Notes under the pieces: generated by a model
Database searches by the model: none
Told to the model about the DNA's origin: nothing
Seen by the model: only the letters and a program-made list of their open reading frames with translations
Shown here: positions 19,839 through 29,222 of the stretch, one piece after another
How positions within the stretch are numbered: the first letter of the stretch is position 1
Layout of the letters: every line of letters starts with the position of its first letter
NCBI GenBank assembly: GCA_018396675.1
Contig: JAGTQX010000004.1
Location: 3,697-67,696, forward strand
Length of the DNA: 64,000 nucleotides
Reading direction: 5' to 3'
From: Candidatus Bathyarchaeota archaeon
Lineage (GTDB): Archaea; Thermoproteota; Bathyarchaeia; Bathyarchaeales; Bathycorpusculaceae
Position numbers and translations under genes: made by a program

Positions 19839-20456
19839 ATGTTAGGCGAAACTGCCAGAGAAAAGCAGCGGTTAAGAGAAAAAATTTGGCGCGAAATGGA
19901 AAACGCCAAGATAGCTGTTTTTCCGCTTCCATGCCGAGGCAGAATCCCAAACTTTGTTGGAGCTGAAATTGCAGCTGAAAAACTGCGCCAGCTTGAAGTG
20001 TGGAAAAACGCTAGAGTAGTTTTTGTTAGTCCCGATTCGCCGCAGCGCAAAGTAAGAGAAAATGTCTTGAAAGATGGAAAAACTCTCATAATGGCTTCAC
20101 CTAGACTTGAGCGAGGCTTCATCCTAATAGACCCAGCCAGAACAAAGGGAAAAGAACAGTTTGCCTCCACAATAAAAGGCGCCTTCAAATTTGGAGTTGA
20201 AACACAAAGCTTCCCAAAGCCGGACCTCATCGTTGAAGGCTCAGTAGCCGTTGACATAGATGGGCACAGACTTGGAAAAGGTCGCGGCTACGGAGATTTA
20301 GAAATAGCGACCTTGAAAAGAATGTTTGGAGAAATTCCTGTTGCCACCACAGTTCACGACATACAAGTTGTTGAAAATGTCCCGTTTAAAGAGAAGGATG
20401 AAAAAGTTTCGATAATCGTTACACCAACGAGAATAATTCGCTTGACTGATGAATAA
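19839..20456 (+). CDS. 5-formyltetrahydrofolate cyclo-ligase family protein
   Basis: KQRLREKIWREME, RIPNFVGAE, a VSPDSPQ..R..L.DGK pattern and GKGRGYGD are typical of COG0212/MTHFS-like proteins. Confidence 0.7.
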   Translation: MLGETAREKQRLREKIWREMENAKIAVFPLPCRGRIPNFVGAEIAAEKLRQLEVWKNARVVFVSPDSPQRKVRENVLKDGKTLIMASPRLERGFILIDPARTKGKEQFASTIKGAFKFGVETQSFPKPDLIVEGSVAVDIDGHRLGKGRGYGDLEIATLKRMFGEIPVATTVHDIQVVENVPFKEKDEKVSIIVTPTRIIRLTDE

Positions 20457-20471
20457 TATAAACACGTGCGT

Positions 20472-22340
20472 TCATCGGATTTTTTCTAGAGCTTTGTCAA
20501 CATCGTCTAGTCCAAGCTTTTGGAGCACATCTGACTTTGGTATGCCTTTCTCATCCCAACCCACAAGTTCATAGTATCTGCGTTTTTCTTCTTTTACAAG
20601 CTCTTTGTCAACAGTTTTGCCCTTAAACGGTCCAGATGGCAGAGGTTCATAGAATCGCGGCGGATTTTCATCGTGGATTTCAGGGTTCCATCTCATGTCG
20701 GGTCCACCGAGAAGCAGCATTGCTCTTTGCAGTTGAAGTATGCTCATGGCTTTTGTGCTAACCCAGTCTTCCTTTGTCAGCGCTATTCCAGTCACAGCCT
20801 TGTAAAAGTCGAATACGAACGTGCGTGGCAAACCAAAAACGTTGAAGTAGCAGTATACACCTGAATCGTTGAAACTCATCATGAGTTCGCTTCTGAAATC
20901 GTCCAACGGCATGCAAGCCGTGGAAGTGTGGTCTCCGCCTTGGACGGAGCAAGCGTAAGAGTAAATCTCTGGATAGTCTTTTTCGCTTCTAATGCCATGA
21001 GCCCCAATGCTTATTCCTTTAACCTGCACTGCATACTGCATCAAGTCTAATTGTTTAAGTTTGCCAAGTTTTAGAGCTGCGCGGTAAGTTCCTTCAGCTA
21101 ATATGTCGCCTATGCCCTCTCTGTACGCTATTTTTTTAGCCAGCGCAGCAAAAGCCTCCGCGTCGCCCCACCGCAGTTCTATGCCGCCTAAATCCTCTTT
21201 TGTAAGTATCCCCCTCTGGAAAAGTTCTGCAGCGAAACCCAATATGTTTCCAGTTTGTATGCCGCAAAGTCCCAAATCGTCAACCAGCGAAGCCAAGTAA
21301 ACGTTTTCTTCAGGAGTGAAAAAGCCAAGGTTTGTGCCGACATAAGCTTGAAGTTCATAATCTGGATTATCAGTGATTGCGCCTTTGAACTTTCCAGTTT
21401 TCACAACGGCGATTTTTAGGCAGGTGGTTGGACAGCCGAAGTCGCCCCAATACTGTTTTATCCAAACCCTGTTTTCAAACTGGTCAACTCCGAAGCTTTT
21501 CTCGTCATGCCACTCTTCCTGCCAGTTCCGCACAGGCTCAGAGCTTGTCTTCGCGCCCACCTCATAACCGCCGGAACCGGTTCCCCAACGCCTCCAAAGT
21601 TCACTCTCGTAGGCATTATCACATACTGCTTGAATAAGTTCCTTAACTTTTTCCATGTCAGCAACTTCTGGCAAAGCACTAGTGCCTTTAACAGCTATTG
21701 CCTTAAGTTTTTTCGCGCCCATAACCGCGCCGTAGCCGCCATAACCCGCAGCATGCGTCCACTTGGCTGCAACCACGGCTGTACGCACTTTATTCTCTCC
21801 AGCTGGGCCAATGTAGAGTATTGAAGGCTCTTTCCACTCGCCTTTATGCGGATAACGCGTCCTCAAAAGTTCTCTGCATTCTTTAGTTAAAGCAGAAACA
21901 GTTTGCTTAGCGTCCATGCCCCAAACGTGATTTGCGCTTCGAATTTCAATATCGGCATCCTTAATGAAAACGTATACAGGCTCGTCAGCAGTTCCGGTAA
22001 CTATTATGCCGTCATAGCCAGCGCATTTTAGTTCGACGCCAAACTCGCCGGCAACCGTTGAACCGACAACACCGTTGCTTTGCGGAGACTTGCCTGAAAC
22101 ACAAATTCTTCCGCCTGGGAAAAAACCAGTAAGCGGTCCAGTCAAGAATAGCAGAAGGTTTTCAGGTCCAAGCGGGTCTACGGTTTCCCATTTTCTGCCA
22201 AGCCTGTCCCAAAGTATTTTCGCAGCAAGACCTCTACCGCCAACATAGTCCCTTAAAACGTCATCATTTAATTTTATCTCTCTGAAGTCCTTCTCAGTTA
22301 AGTTAACTTCAAGAAACTTTCCAGCATAACCAGGAATCAT
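20472..22340 (-). CDS. Aldehyde:ferredoxin oxidoreductase family enzyme (second paralog, AorB-like)
   Basis: 622 aa. MIPGYAGKFLEVNLT, VGGRGLAAKILWD and C-terminal YYELVGWDEKGIPK. Same family as 10848-12680 but clearly divergent from it. Confidence 0.9.
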   Translation of the reverse strand: MIPGYAGKFLEVNLTEKDFREIKLNDDVLRDYVGGRGLAAKILWDRLGRKWETVDPLGPENLLLFLTGPLTGFFPGGRICVSGKSPQSNGVVGSTVAGEFGVELKCAGYDGIIVTGTADEPVYVFIKDADIEIRSANHVWGMDAKQTVSALTKECRELLRTRYPHKGEWKEPSILYIGPAGENKVRTAVVAAKWTHAAGYGGYGAVMGAKKLKAIAVKGTSALPEVADMEKVKELIQAVCDNAYESELWRRWGTGSGGYEVGAKTSSEPVRNWQEEWHDEKSFGVDQFENRVWIKQYWGDFGCPTTCLKIAVVKTGKFKGAITDNPDYELQAYVGTNLGFFTPEENVYLASLVDDLGLCGIQTGNILGFAAELFQRGILTKEDLGGIELRWGDAEAFAALAKKIAYREGIGDILAEGTYRAALKLGKLKQLDLMQYAVQVKGISIGAHGIRSEKDYPEIYSYACSVQGGDHTSTACMPLDDFRSELMMSFNDSGVYCYFNVFGLPRTFVFDFYKAVTGIALTKEDWVSTKAMSILQLQRAMLLLGGPDMRWNPEIHDENPPRFYEPLPSGPFKGKTVDKELVKEEKRRYYELVGWDEKGIPKSDVLQKLGLDDVDKALEKIR

Positions 22341-22864
22341 AGTAAGTGTTCACCCTCCTCACCATAAATCTTAACAGCTAGACTACGCGTGATTTCCTCC
22401 GGAGTTCGCGCATACAGCCTATAAGGATTATTTCCCCTAGGCACTATCCTAAGCACATTCCATAGCCCTTCTTGACACACTTTTACGCATTGTGGGTCAC
22501 CGCCACATAAGTCGCAAATCAAAATTCTGTTCTCCTTCGGATGCATATGCGGAACCTTGCCAGGACACGCGTCAATACATTTTCCACATCCAATACAAGT
22601 ATTCACGTCAACAATTACTGCGCCGGTTTCCTTGTTTATTGACAAAGAATTTGTTGGACACGCGTCAACGCATGGGTAATCTTCGCATTGAACGCAGAAA
22701 TGGGGAAATTCGACGCCTGGAACAAGCATGAAAACTCTAATTCTTGAGGCTTCGGGCCATATGCGGTTTTCATGAAAGAGTGAGCAAGCGATTTCGCATT
22801 TTCTGCAGCCGCTACATTTTGAAAGGTCGCGGGCAATCCATATGGCTTCATGTTTCTCCGACAA
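22337..22864 (-). CDS. Ferredoxin-like Fe-S subunit with four [4Fe-4S]-type Cys motifs (AorA-like)
   Basis: Four motifs are visible: CSGCRKCEIAC, CVQCEDYPCVDACP, CIGCGKCIDACP and CDLCGGDPQCVKVC. Its stop overlaps the downstream AOR start by 4 nt. Confidence 0.8.
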   Translation of the reverse strand: MSEKHEAIWIARDLSKCSGCRKCEIACSLFHENRIWPEASRIRVFMLVPGVEFPHFCVQCEDYPCVDACPTNSLSINKETGAVIVDVNTCIGCGKCIDACPGKVPHMHPKENRILICDLCGGDPQCVKVCQEGLWNVLRIVPRGNNPYRLYARTPEEITRSLAVKIYGEEGEHLL

Positions 22865-22997
22865 ACCGCTTAAACCTCCAACATGTTTCAGAAAAATGTG
22901 ATGAGCAAACTACAATTTAAAATTTGACCAAGAGAGCCTTACACAATGTCTTATAAGCATAACTGTGCCTAGTAGAAAAAATGGGACGGTAAAGCGG

Positions 22998-23633
22998 ATG
23001 GCGTTTGAAGACTTAATTGGCTGGCTGATGGAATCGTTCATGAGCCTTCAATACGTTGGAGTGTTCCTAATAAGTCTAATAGGGTCGCTCTCAATCCTTT
23101 TTCCAATACCTTACACTGTCGTAATTTTCACGCTTGGAAAAACTCTAGAACCATTACTTATTGCCGTAGCAGCAGGGTTAGGCTCCGCCATAGGTGAGTT
23201 TTCGGGATATGCTCTCGGTTGGGGAGGCAGAAAAGCAATAAGTGACAAGTATAGAAAGAAAATGGAGTTTTTGGCGAAAGCCTTTGACCGATACGGTCCA
23301 TGGGCAGTATTTTTGTTTGCTTTAACTCCATTGCCTGATGATTTGCTTTTCATACCTTTAGGTGTAATGCGTTATAAGATAACTAAAGTTTTCATTCCAG
23401 CCCTTCTAGGCAAGTTTCTCATGAGCCTTATTGTGGCGTATAGCGGCCGCTTCACAATTACGATAATTGAGAACATTTTTGGAGTTGAAAGCAGCTTTAC
23501 ATCCGCAATAATCGGCACAGTTATCGCCGTAATCTTACTCCTAATAATTCTTGTTATCATGTTTAAAGTGGACTGGGAAAAAAGGTTTGGAAAATATATA
23601 GTCAAAAAAGAGGATAGTGAACAAAAAGCTTGA
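22998..23633 (+). CDS. DedA/VTT-domain membrane protein
   Basis: Multi-pass hydrophobic protein containing GSAIGEFSGYALGWGGRK and LTPLPDDLLFIPLG, the DedA-family re-entrant loop motifs. The start could be the ATG at 22998 or the GTG at 22965. Confidence 0.7.
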   Translation: MAFEDLIGWLMESFMSLQYVGVFLISLIGSLSILFPIPYTVVIFTLGKTLEPLLIAVAAGLGSAIGEFSGYALGWGGRKAISDKYRKKMEFLAKAFDRYGPWAVFLFALTPLPDDLLFIPLGVMRYKITKVFIPALLGKFLMSLIVAYSGRFTITIIENIFGVESSFTSAIIGTVIAVILLLIILVIMFKVDWEKRFGKYIVKKEDSEQKA

Positions 23634-24937
23634 GAATCATAGCCGATTTGCACATTCACGGGCGTTACAGCCGCGCAACAAGTCAAAACATGAGCATTAC
23701 CGAGATTGCCCGCTTCGCGAAGATTAAAGGGTTAAGCCTTGTTGGAACCGGAGACTTTACACATCCAAAATGGTTAAAGGAACTACAAGAGACGTTAATT
23801 CAAGACGGAGAAACAGGATTATACATTGTTGCAGAAACACAGAAGAAAACTGCTAAAGCACCAGTTTATTTTATGGTAACTGGGGAAGTAAGCACAATAT
23901 TTGCGTTTGGTGACGACATAAAAAAGGTTCATCACGTTATACTAACGCCAAGCATAGAGACAGCCATTCAGATAAACGAGAGACTAACCAAATACGGTGA
24001 CTTGAATGCTGACGGTAGACCAACATTAAACATGAGCGCACCGCAACTAGTTGAGGAAATCATGGAAATTTCAAAAGATAACATGATTTTCCCAGCCCAC
24101 GCGTGGACGCCTTGGTTCAGCATTTTTGGAGCTTTCAGCGGTTTTGACAGTGTGGAAGACTGCTATCAAGACATGACAAAACACATTCACGCACTTGAAA
24201 CTGGGCTCTCTTCGGATCCGCCAATGAACTGGCGCTTAAGCCGTTTAGACAGGTTCACATTAGTTTCAAACAGCGACAGCCACAGTTTTTGGCCTTGGCG
24301 CATGGGAAGAGAAGCAAACGTTTTCGAATTTGAAAAGGTAAGCTATAAGGAGATAGTGGATGCCATACGCACAAAGGACAAGAAAAGGTTCAAGTTTACA
24401 GTTGAAACAGACCCAGCGTATGGAAAATATCACTGGACTGGGCACAGAAACTGTCATGTGTCGCTTTCGCCCAAGGAGGCTATAAAGCTTGGGAATATTT
24501 GCCCCGTCTGTCGCAGAAAACTCACAAAAGGTGTTGAACAACGCGTAGAAGAGCTTGCCGACCGCCCAGCGGACTACAAACCAGAAAACGCGATAGGTTT
24601 CATGCATTTACTCCCGCTTTCTGAAATAATCGCAACGATTTTGGGAGTTGACTCCCCTTCAACGCGTCAAGTCTGGGAAGTTTACAACAGAATTATTGAA
24701 AAATTCGGAGACGAATACTACGTGTTGATTGAGGCGCCAAGAGAAGCGTTAACAGATGTTGTTGACGAGAAAATTACGGAAGCAATAATACGGGTTAGAG
24801 AAGACCGGATAAAGGTTGTACCTGGATATGATGGCGTGTATGGGCAGCCTATTATATTTGAAGAAGAGGCTTCTACAAAAAAGTCGAAATCGTTTCCAGC
24901 AAAAGTTCAACAGTTGAATCTTACAGACTTCATTTAG
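23630..24937 (+). CDS. Endonuclease Q-like protein (PHP-type fold plus Zn-ribbon; TIGR00375 family)
   Basis: MRIIADLHIHGRYSRA, LVGTGDFTHPKW, VHHVIL, FPAHAWTPWFS, SNSDSHS and a GKYHWTGH..C..(x)..CPVCRRKLTKGV zinc motif parallel the Pyrococcus EndoQ layout as I recall it. The TTG start overlaps the dedA stop (TTGA). Confidence 0.7.
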   Translation: MRIIADLHIHGRYSRATSQNMSITEIARFAKIKGLSLVGTGDFTHPKWLKELQETLIQDGETGLYIVAETQKKTAKAPVYFMVTGEVSTIFAFGDDIKKVHHVILTPSIETAIQINERLTKYGDLNADGRPTLNMSAPQLVEEIMEISKDNMIFPAHAWTPWFSIFGAFSGFDSVEDCYQDMTKHIHALETGLSSDPPMNWRLSRLDRFTLVSNSDSHSFWPWRMGREANVFEFEKVSYKEIVDAIRTKDKKRFKFTVETDPAYGKYHWTGHRNCHVSLSPKEAIKLGNICPVCRRKLTKGVEQRVEELADRPADYKPENAIGFMHLLPLSEIIATILGVDSPSTRQVWEVYNRIIEKFGDEYYVLIEAPREALTDVVDEKITEAIIRVREDRIKVVPGYDGVYGQPIIFEEEASTKKSKSFPAKVQQLNLTDFI

Positions 24938-25029
24938 GTGGTGGTGTGATGTTTTTGGCGTGTATTTGTGTTGTGCATATGCACGGCAACACTTATTAAG
25001 TCGCAATACACTCGATACCTAGATCAACC

Positions 25030-25362
25030 ATGCAAACAATAACACAACAAAAGCGTGAAGACCAAAAAATTTCAAAAATAGTAGACCGCGTACTGACACA
25101 AGTTTTCGGTGAAGAAGCCACACACTTAATTTATCGCTATCTAGAAAGCAACTATGCCGTCAAAAGAAACGAAATAGCCGACAAAATAGACTTGTTCGCA
25201 AAAGGACTTGAAGACTTCTTGAGAACAGGAGCCTATGTTGTCGAACGCAAAATCTTGGACGATATCTACTCAAGCTATGGACTTCTCCGAAGACTGGAAA
25301 TCGAACGGGCAAAAGAAAATGATTTCGCAAGCCAAGTTAAGCTGCTAATGCGAAAAGCCTAA
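25030..25362 (+). CDS. Hypothetical protein (110 aa, helical, no recognised family)
   Basis: Clean ORF in its own intergenic slot with non-repetitive composition. No motif recognised. Confidence 0.35.
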   Translation: MQTITQQKREDQKISKIVDRVLTQVFGEEATHLIYRYLESNYAVKRNEIADKIDLFAKGLEDFLRTGAYVVERKILDDIYSSYGLLRRLEIERAKENDFASQVKLLMRKA

Positions 25363-25499
25363 CACACAAGATTAGGTCACGCTCCCAACTTTAAAACGCC
25401 GTTTTATTTTAACCACATTTACCGTTGGATAAATCTTATTAGTATCTTTCATGACTAAATCTTTTCCAAAGCTTTATACAAACATAAGGAAGGTAAACG

Positions 25500-26885
25500 T
25501 TGAAGGACACTCTATCTAAAGTTGTTGATGTAGCCGTACAAAAGTTTGGTGCCGAGTATGCTGAAATAAGGGCGCAGAAACTTTTCAAAACCATGCTAAC
25601 AATTAAAGAAGAACGCGTAGAAGCCGCAAGAGAAGGAATAGAAAACGGTGCGGCATTACGAGTCCTCATCAATGGTGCGTGGGGTTTCGCTTCAGTCGGC
25701 TCGTTTAACGCTGAAAAACTGGTTAACGCGGTTTGCGACGCTTGCAAAATGGCAAAAGCCGCCAGTTTAAAGCTTAAAACACCTATAAAACTTGTTGAAT
25801 ACAAAACCTTTGAAGACCGGGTCACGGCGAAACCCAAAAAAGACCCATCAAAAATCTCAATAGAAGAAAAACTAAAAACAACATTAGCAATCGCTGAAAC
25901 AACACTGAAGCATGACAAACGCGTTAAAAGCTGCACGATAGACTACTTGGATTTGGTTGGAACCAGCTACTTCCTAAACAACGAGGGCACATACATTGAA
26001 AATGATAAGCTCTATGTCTGGTCAAGAATATTGGCAACAGCGAAAGAAGGCGACATATTTACGTTTAGCCGCGAGGAAATAGGCTCAACAGCTGGTTACG
26101 AAATATTCGACGCGGAAACGCCAGAAATTGTCGGCGAAAGAGTTGCAAAAAGAGCGGTAAACCAACTAAAAGCAAAAATGCCTAAAGGCGGAACATTTCC
26201 AGTTGTTTTGGGACCAAATGTCGTCGGGGTCTTCGTTCACGAAGCTTTTGGACATTTGGCAGAAGCCGACTTAACATTGTCCGGCTCTGTACTGATGGAC
26301 AAACTTGGCAAAAAAATAGCTTCAGAAATAGTGACGATTTATGATGACGGAACAGTTGAAGGCGCCTTTGGCTCTTTCAAATATGATGATGAAGGCGTTC
26401 CAACGCAGAAAACACTGCTAGTTAAGGATGGTGTTGTTGTTGGACTCATGCATAACCGTGAAACTGCACAGAAACTTAAAGCAAACCCAACCGGCAATTC
26501 AAGAGCTGAAGATTTCCGCGTTGAGCCCTTAATAAGAATGCGCAACACCTTCATGGAACCAAAAGAACATTCTTTTGAAGAACTCATAGAAAAAATAAAG
26601 TTTGGCTACTATTTCAAAAGTTTTAGAGGCGGCCAAGCAAACATAGACGGCACATTCCAAGTCGGCATACAAGAAGGTTACGAAATAATCAACGGCGAAA
26701 TCGGCGAACCTGTACGCAACGCTTCAATAAGCGGAAACACGCTTGAAACGCTTAACAAAGTCGACGCTGTTGGAAAAGATTTTGAACTTTGGCCTGGAAG
26801 ATGCGGAAAGGGCCAAACCGCCTTCGTATGTGATGGAGGACCACACATTAGGGTGAGAGAGGTGATTGTTGGTGGCGGCGCTTAA
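25500..26885 (+). CDS. tldD: TldD metalloprotease
   Basis: HEAFGH zinc motif (VFVHEAFGHLAEAD), FDDEG-like YDDEGVPTQ, and GNSRAEDF. 461 aa. It is paired with a downstream PmbA. Confidence 0.9.
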   Translation: MKDTLSKVVDVAVQKFGAEYAEIRAQKLFKTMLTIKEERVEAAREGIENGAALRVLINGAWGFASVGSFNAEKLVNAVCDACKMAKAASLKLKTPIKLVEYKTFEDRVTAKPKKDPSKISIEEKLKTTLAIAETTLKHDKRVKSCTIDYLDLVGTSYFLNNEGTYIENDKLYVWSRILATAKEGDIFTFSREEIGSTAGYEIFDAETPEIVGERVAKRAVNQLKAKMPKGGTFPVVLGPNVVGVFVHEAFGHLAEADLTLSGSVLMDKLGKKIASEIVTIYDDGTVEGAFGSFKYDDEGVPTQKTLLVKDGVVVGLMHNRETAQKLKANPTGNSRAEDFRVEPLIRMRNTFMEPKEHSFEELIEKIKFGYYFKSFRGGQANIDGTFQVGIQEGYEIINGEIGEPVRNASISGNTLETLNKVDAVGKDFELWPGRCGKGQTAFVCDGGPHIRVREVIVGGGA

Positions 26886-28233
26886 AGAAGAAATAATAAG
26901 CATGGCAGAAAAAGCCGTGAATCTCGCGTTAAAGAGAGGCGCTGATGAAGCGGAAATATTCGTTTATGAAGGACTCACAGCCATATCAGCAATTGAAAGG
27001 GGGCAAATCACCAAAAGCTCTAGAATAATTGACCGTGGACTTGCAGCGAGAGTTGTTAAAAACAAAGCAGTTGGCTTTTCCTACACGAACATTTTGGAAA
27101 ACACAGCGGCAGTCGACGAAACCGTCCTAAAATCGTTAAAATCCGCGAAAGCAAGCAAACCGGACAGAGACTGGAAGGGCTTTCCAACAAAGAAACCGGT
27201 CGCCAACGTAAAAAACACTTTTGACAACGCTGTTTATGAACTTTCTTCAGAAGATCTGGTGCAAATGGCTTCAACGATGTTGGAATCTGCTGAAAAAACG
27301 GATAAACGTGTTTTTCCAATAGAGGGTGGCGTCGGAGCATCCTATTTGTCCAGAACCGTTGTAAACTCCAATGGTGTTGAGTGTTTTGATTACGGAACAA
27401 TGATCGAATGCAGCCTAGCGACAGTCGCGCAACAAAGCGGCGAAGTAACACCAGTATGTTTTGAGTTTGGAGCTGAAAGACTTAACAAGATAGACCCAGA
27501 ATGGATAGGCAAAGAAGCGGCTCGCCTCGCAGCTTCAGCTTTAAAAGCCAAAAAAACTGAAACAAAAAACACGAAAGTTATTTTCGCCCAATTCGCTCTT
27601 TACGAGCTTTTAAGTTACACGTTAATGAACGCTGTTAACGCGGATTACGTGCAACGAAACCAATCTGCATTTAAAGGTAAAATAGGCGAGAAAGTGGCCT
27701 CTGAAAACGTGACGATCTATGACAATGGTTTGTTAGAAGGCGGACTTCGAACGTGGAAATTCGACGGCGAAGGAGTACCACAGCAGAAGACAACCATAAT
27801 AGAAAAGGGCGTACTGCGCAACTTCATATATGACACTTACACTGCTAACAAAGAAGAAAAAGAAAGCACTGGAAACGCTTTCAGAGCGGGCTACTTATCA
27901 ACACCAAACATTGAAACAACAAATTTTCATTTCATCCCTGGAAAAAAATCACCAGAAGAAATGATAAGCGGAATTGACGACGGTCTCCTTGTTTACGCGC
28001 TTCAAGGAGCACACAGCAGCAACCCGGCGAGCGGAGAATTCTCTGTCGTGGCGACTCCAACATGGAAAATCGAAAAAGGCAGAATCACTAACGCCGTAAA
28101 AGGAGCCATGCTGGCTGGCAACATTTTCGATTTGATGAAAAACATTTCAGCATTAGCTAACAATGAAAGAAAAACCGGATCACTTGTTGCACCTTGGATT
28201 CTTGCAGAAAACGTTAAAGTTATCGGAAAGTAA
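26866..28233 (+). CDS. pmbA: PmbA/TldE (TldD partner protein)
   Basis: KRGADEAEIFV, FDGEGVPQQKT and GNAFRAGY, with no HExxH motif, as expected for TldE. It overlaps the tldD 3' end. The start may instead be the ATG at 26902. Confidence 0.85.
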   Translation: MLVAALKEEIISMAEKAVNLALKRGADEAEIFVYEGLTAISAIERGQITKSSRIIDRGLAARVVKNKAVGFSYTNILENTAAVDETVLKSLKSAKASKPDRDWKGFPTKKPVANVKNTFDNAVYELSSEDLVQMASTMLESAEKTDKRVFPIEGGVGASYLSRTVVNSNGVECFDYGTMIECSLATVAQQSGEVTPVCFEFGAERLNKIDPEWIGKEAARLAASALKAKKTETKNTKVIFAQFALYELLSYTLMNAVNADYVQRNQSAFKGKIGEKVASENVTIYDNGLLEGGLRTWKFDGEGVPQQKTTIIEKGVLRNFIYDTYTANKEEKESTGNAFRAGYLSTPNIETTNFHFIPGKKSPEEMISGIDDGLLVYALQGAHSSNPASGEFSVVATPTWKIEKGRITNAVKGAMLAGNIFDLMKNISALANNERKTGSLVAPWILAENVKVIGK

Positions 28234-28265
28234 AATAACCTAAACTGCGATTAACACCAGTAAAA

Positions 28266-29216
28266 GTGGCGATAAAATTGAACCTTGACATTAAAAAGAA
28301 GCTGATGAAAAATAACACTGCACGCAGAATAATTCAATTCTTGTCATTTGTGTTTTTCAGCGCGATAATATTTAATTTAGGCTCTTTGCCGCTTTTGCTT
28401 CCTGTTCTGTGGACTTGGGGACTTCAACAAAACACTGTTGGAGACGCCTTCACAGCATTGCAGCTAATGTTAAGCGGATGGCAACAATCAGCGCCGGTGT
28501 TTCCATGGCTCGCAATAGCCTCATTTCTTCTAGTTGGCATTTTAATTGGCAAGTCTCTTTGCGGGTGGGTTTGCCCATTCGGTTTTATCCAAGACCTAGT
28601 AGACTTCATCAAAGCTAAGAAAATGGAAATCTCACCCAAGACTAATCAAGAAATCGCGTATGTAAAATATTTCATTCTTGGAATTGCACTGTTTATCAGC
28701 ATAACTTTTTCAGCAACAAAACTTTTAGGAACACACAGTTCATACGAAAGAGCGATGGGCATTTTTGCCTATGCACCGTTTACTGCTATTAGTCCAGCAG
28801 AGACATTATTCGCAACACTACCCAGAATGATTCAAGGATTTGTAAACGCGGTGATGGAGAAGCCGGTTATGGATGTTCTTTCTGGAATTTTAGATTTGTC
28901 TCCTATCTTCTGGGTTCAACTGTTCATCCTTATCGGCGTTCTGATTCTTGCCGCTTATGTTCCACGGGGATGGTGTAGATACTTATGTCCTCATGGAGCG
29001 ATAATGGCGGTTTTAAACAGGTTTAGCTTCATTGGCTTACGAAGAGACCCAGTTAAATGCGTAAAAGGCGAATGCCGCGAATGCGTTAAGGCTTGCCCCA
29101 TGCAAGTTCGTATACTTGAGCTCCCATGGGAAAAGTTCAGTGATCCAGAATGCATCTACTGCTTGAAATGTGCCGATGCATGCCCAAACAAGGCGATAAA
29201 AATAAAGTATCCATAA
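28266..29216 (+). CDS. Membrane polyferredoxin (NapH/MauN/NosR-like 4Fe-4S binding protein)
   Basis: CGWVCPFGFIQD and CRYLCPHGA membrane-associated Cys motifs, plus C-terminal CRECVKACP and CIYCLKCADACP. Several TM helices. GTG start. Confidence 0.7.
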   Translation: MAIKLNLDIKKKLMKNNTARRIIQFLSFVFFSAIIFNLGSLPLLLPVLWTWGLQQNTVGDAFTALQLMLSGWQQSAPVFPWLAIASFLLVGILIGKSLCGWVCPFGFIQDLVDFIKAKKMEISPKTNQEIAYVKYFILGIALFISITFSATKLLGTHSSYERAMGIFAYAPFTAISPAETLFATLPRMIQGFVNAVMEKPVMDVLSGILDLSPIFWVQLFILIGVLILAAYVPRGWCRYLCPHGAIMAVLNRFSFIGLRRDPVKCVKGECRECVKACPMQVRILELPWEKFSDPECIYCLKCADACPNKAIKIKYP

Positions 29217-29222
29217 GCACTG

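Noticed and set aside
22898-22904. GTGATGA (C-box-like) in the intergenic region upstream of dedA, considered as a possible C/D box sRNA.
   Set aside because: There is no CTGA D box at the expected 50-70 nt distance and no terminal stem. A single heptamer is expected by chance.
24968-24992. Inverted repeat GTGTTG-N13-CAACAC containing the palindrome TGCATATGCA, downstream of the EndoQ-like gene and preceded by a T5 tract (24952-24956).
   Set aside because: The stem is short and the inner palindrome cannot fold with a realistic loop. Archaeal termination needs only the T-tract. It could be a protein-binding palindrome, but there is no supporting evidence.
25472-25480. TATA-like CTTTATACA upstream of tldD, and a similar TTATATA at 17501-17507 upstream of tdh.
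   Set aside because: They are plausible archaeal promoter elements, but AT-rich heptamers are frequent in these spacers. The spacing to the start codons (20-50 nt) is ambiguous without TSS data, so they are not reported as features.
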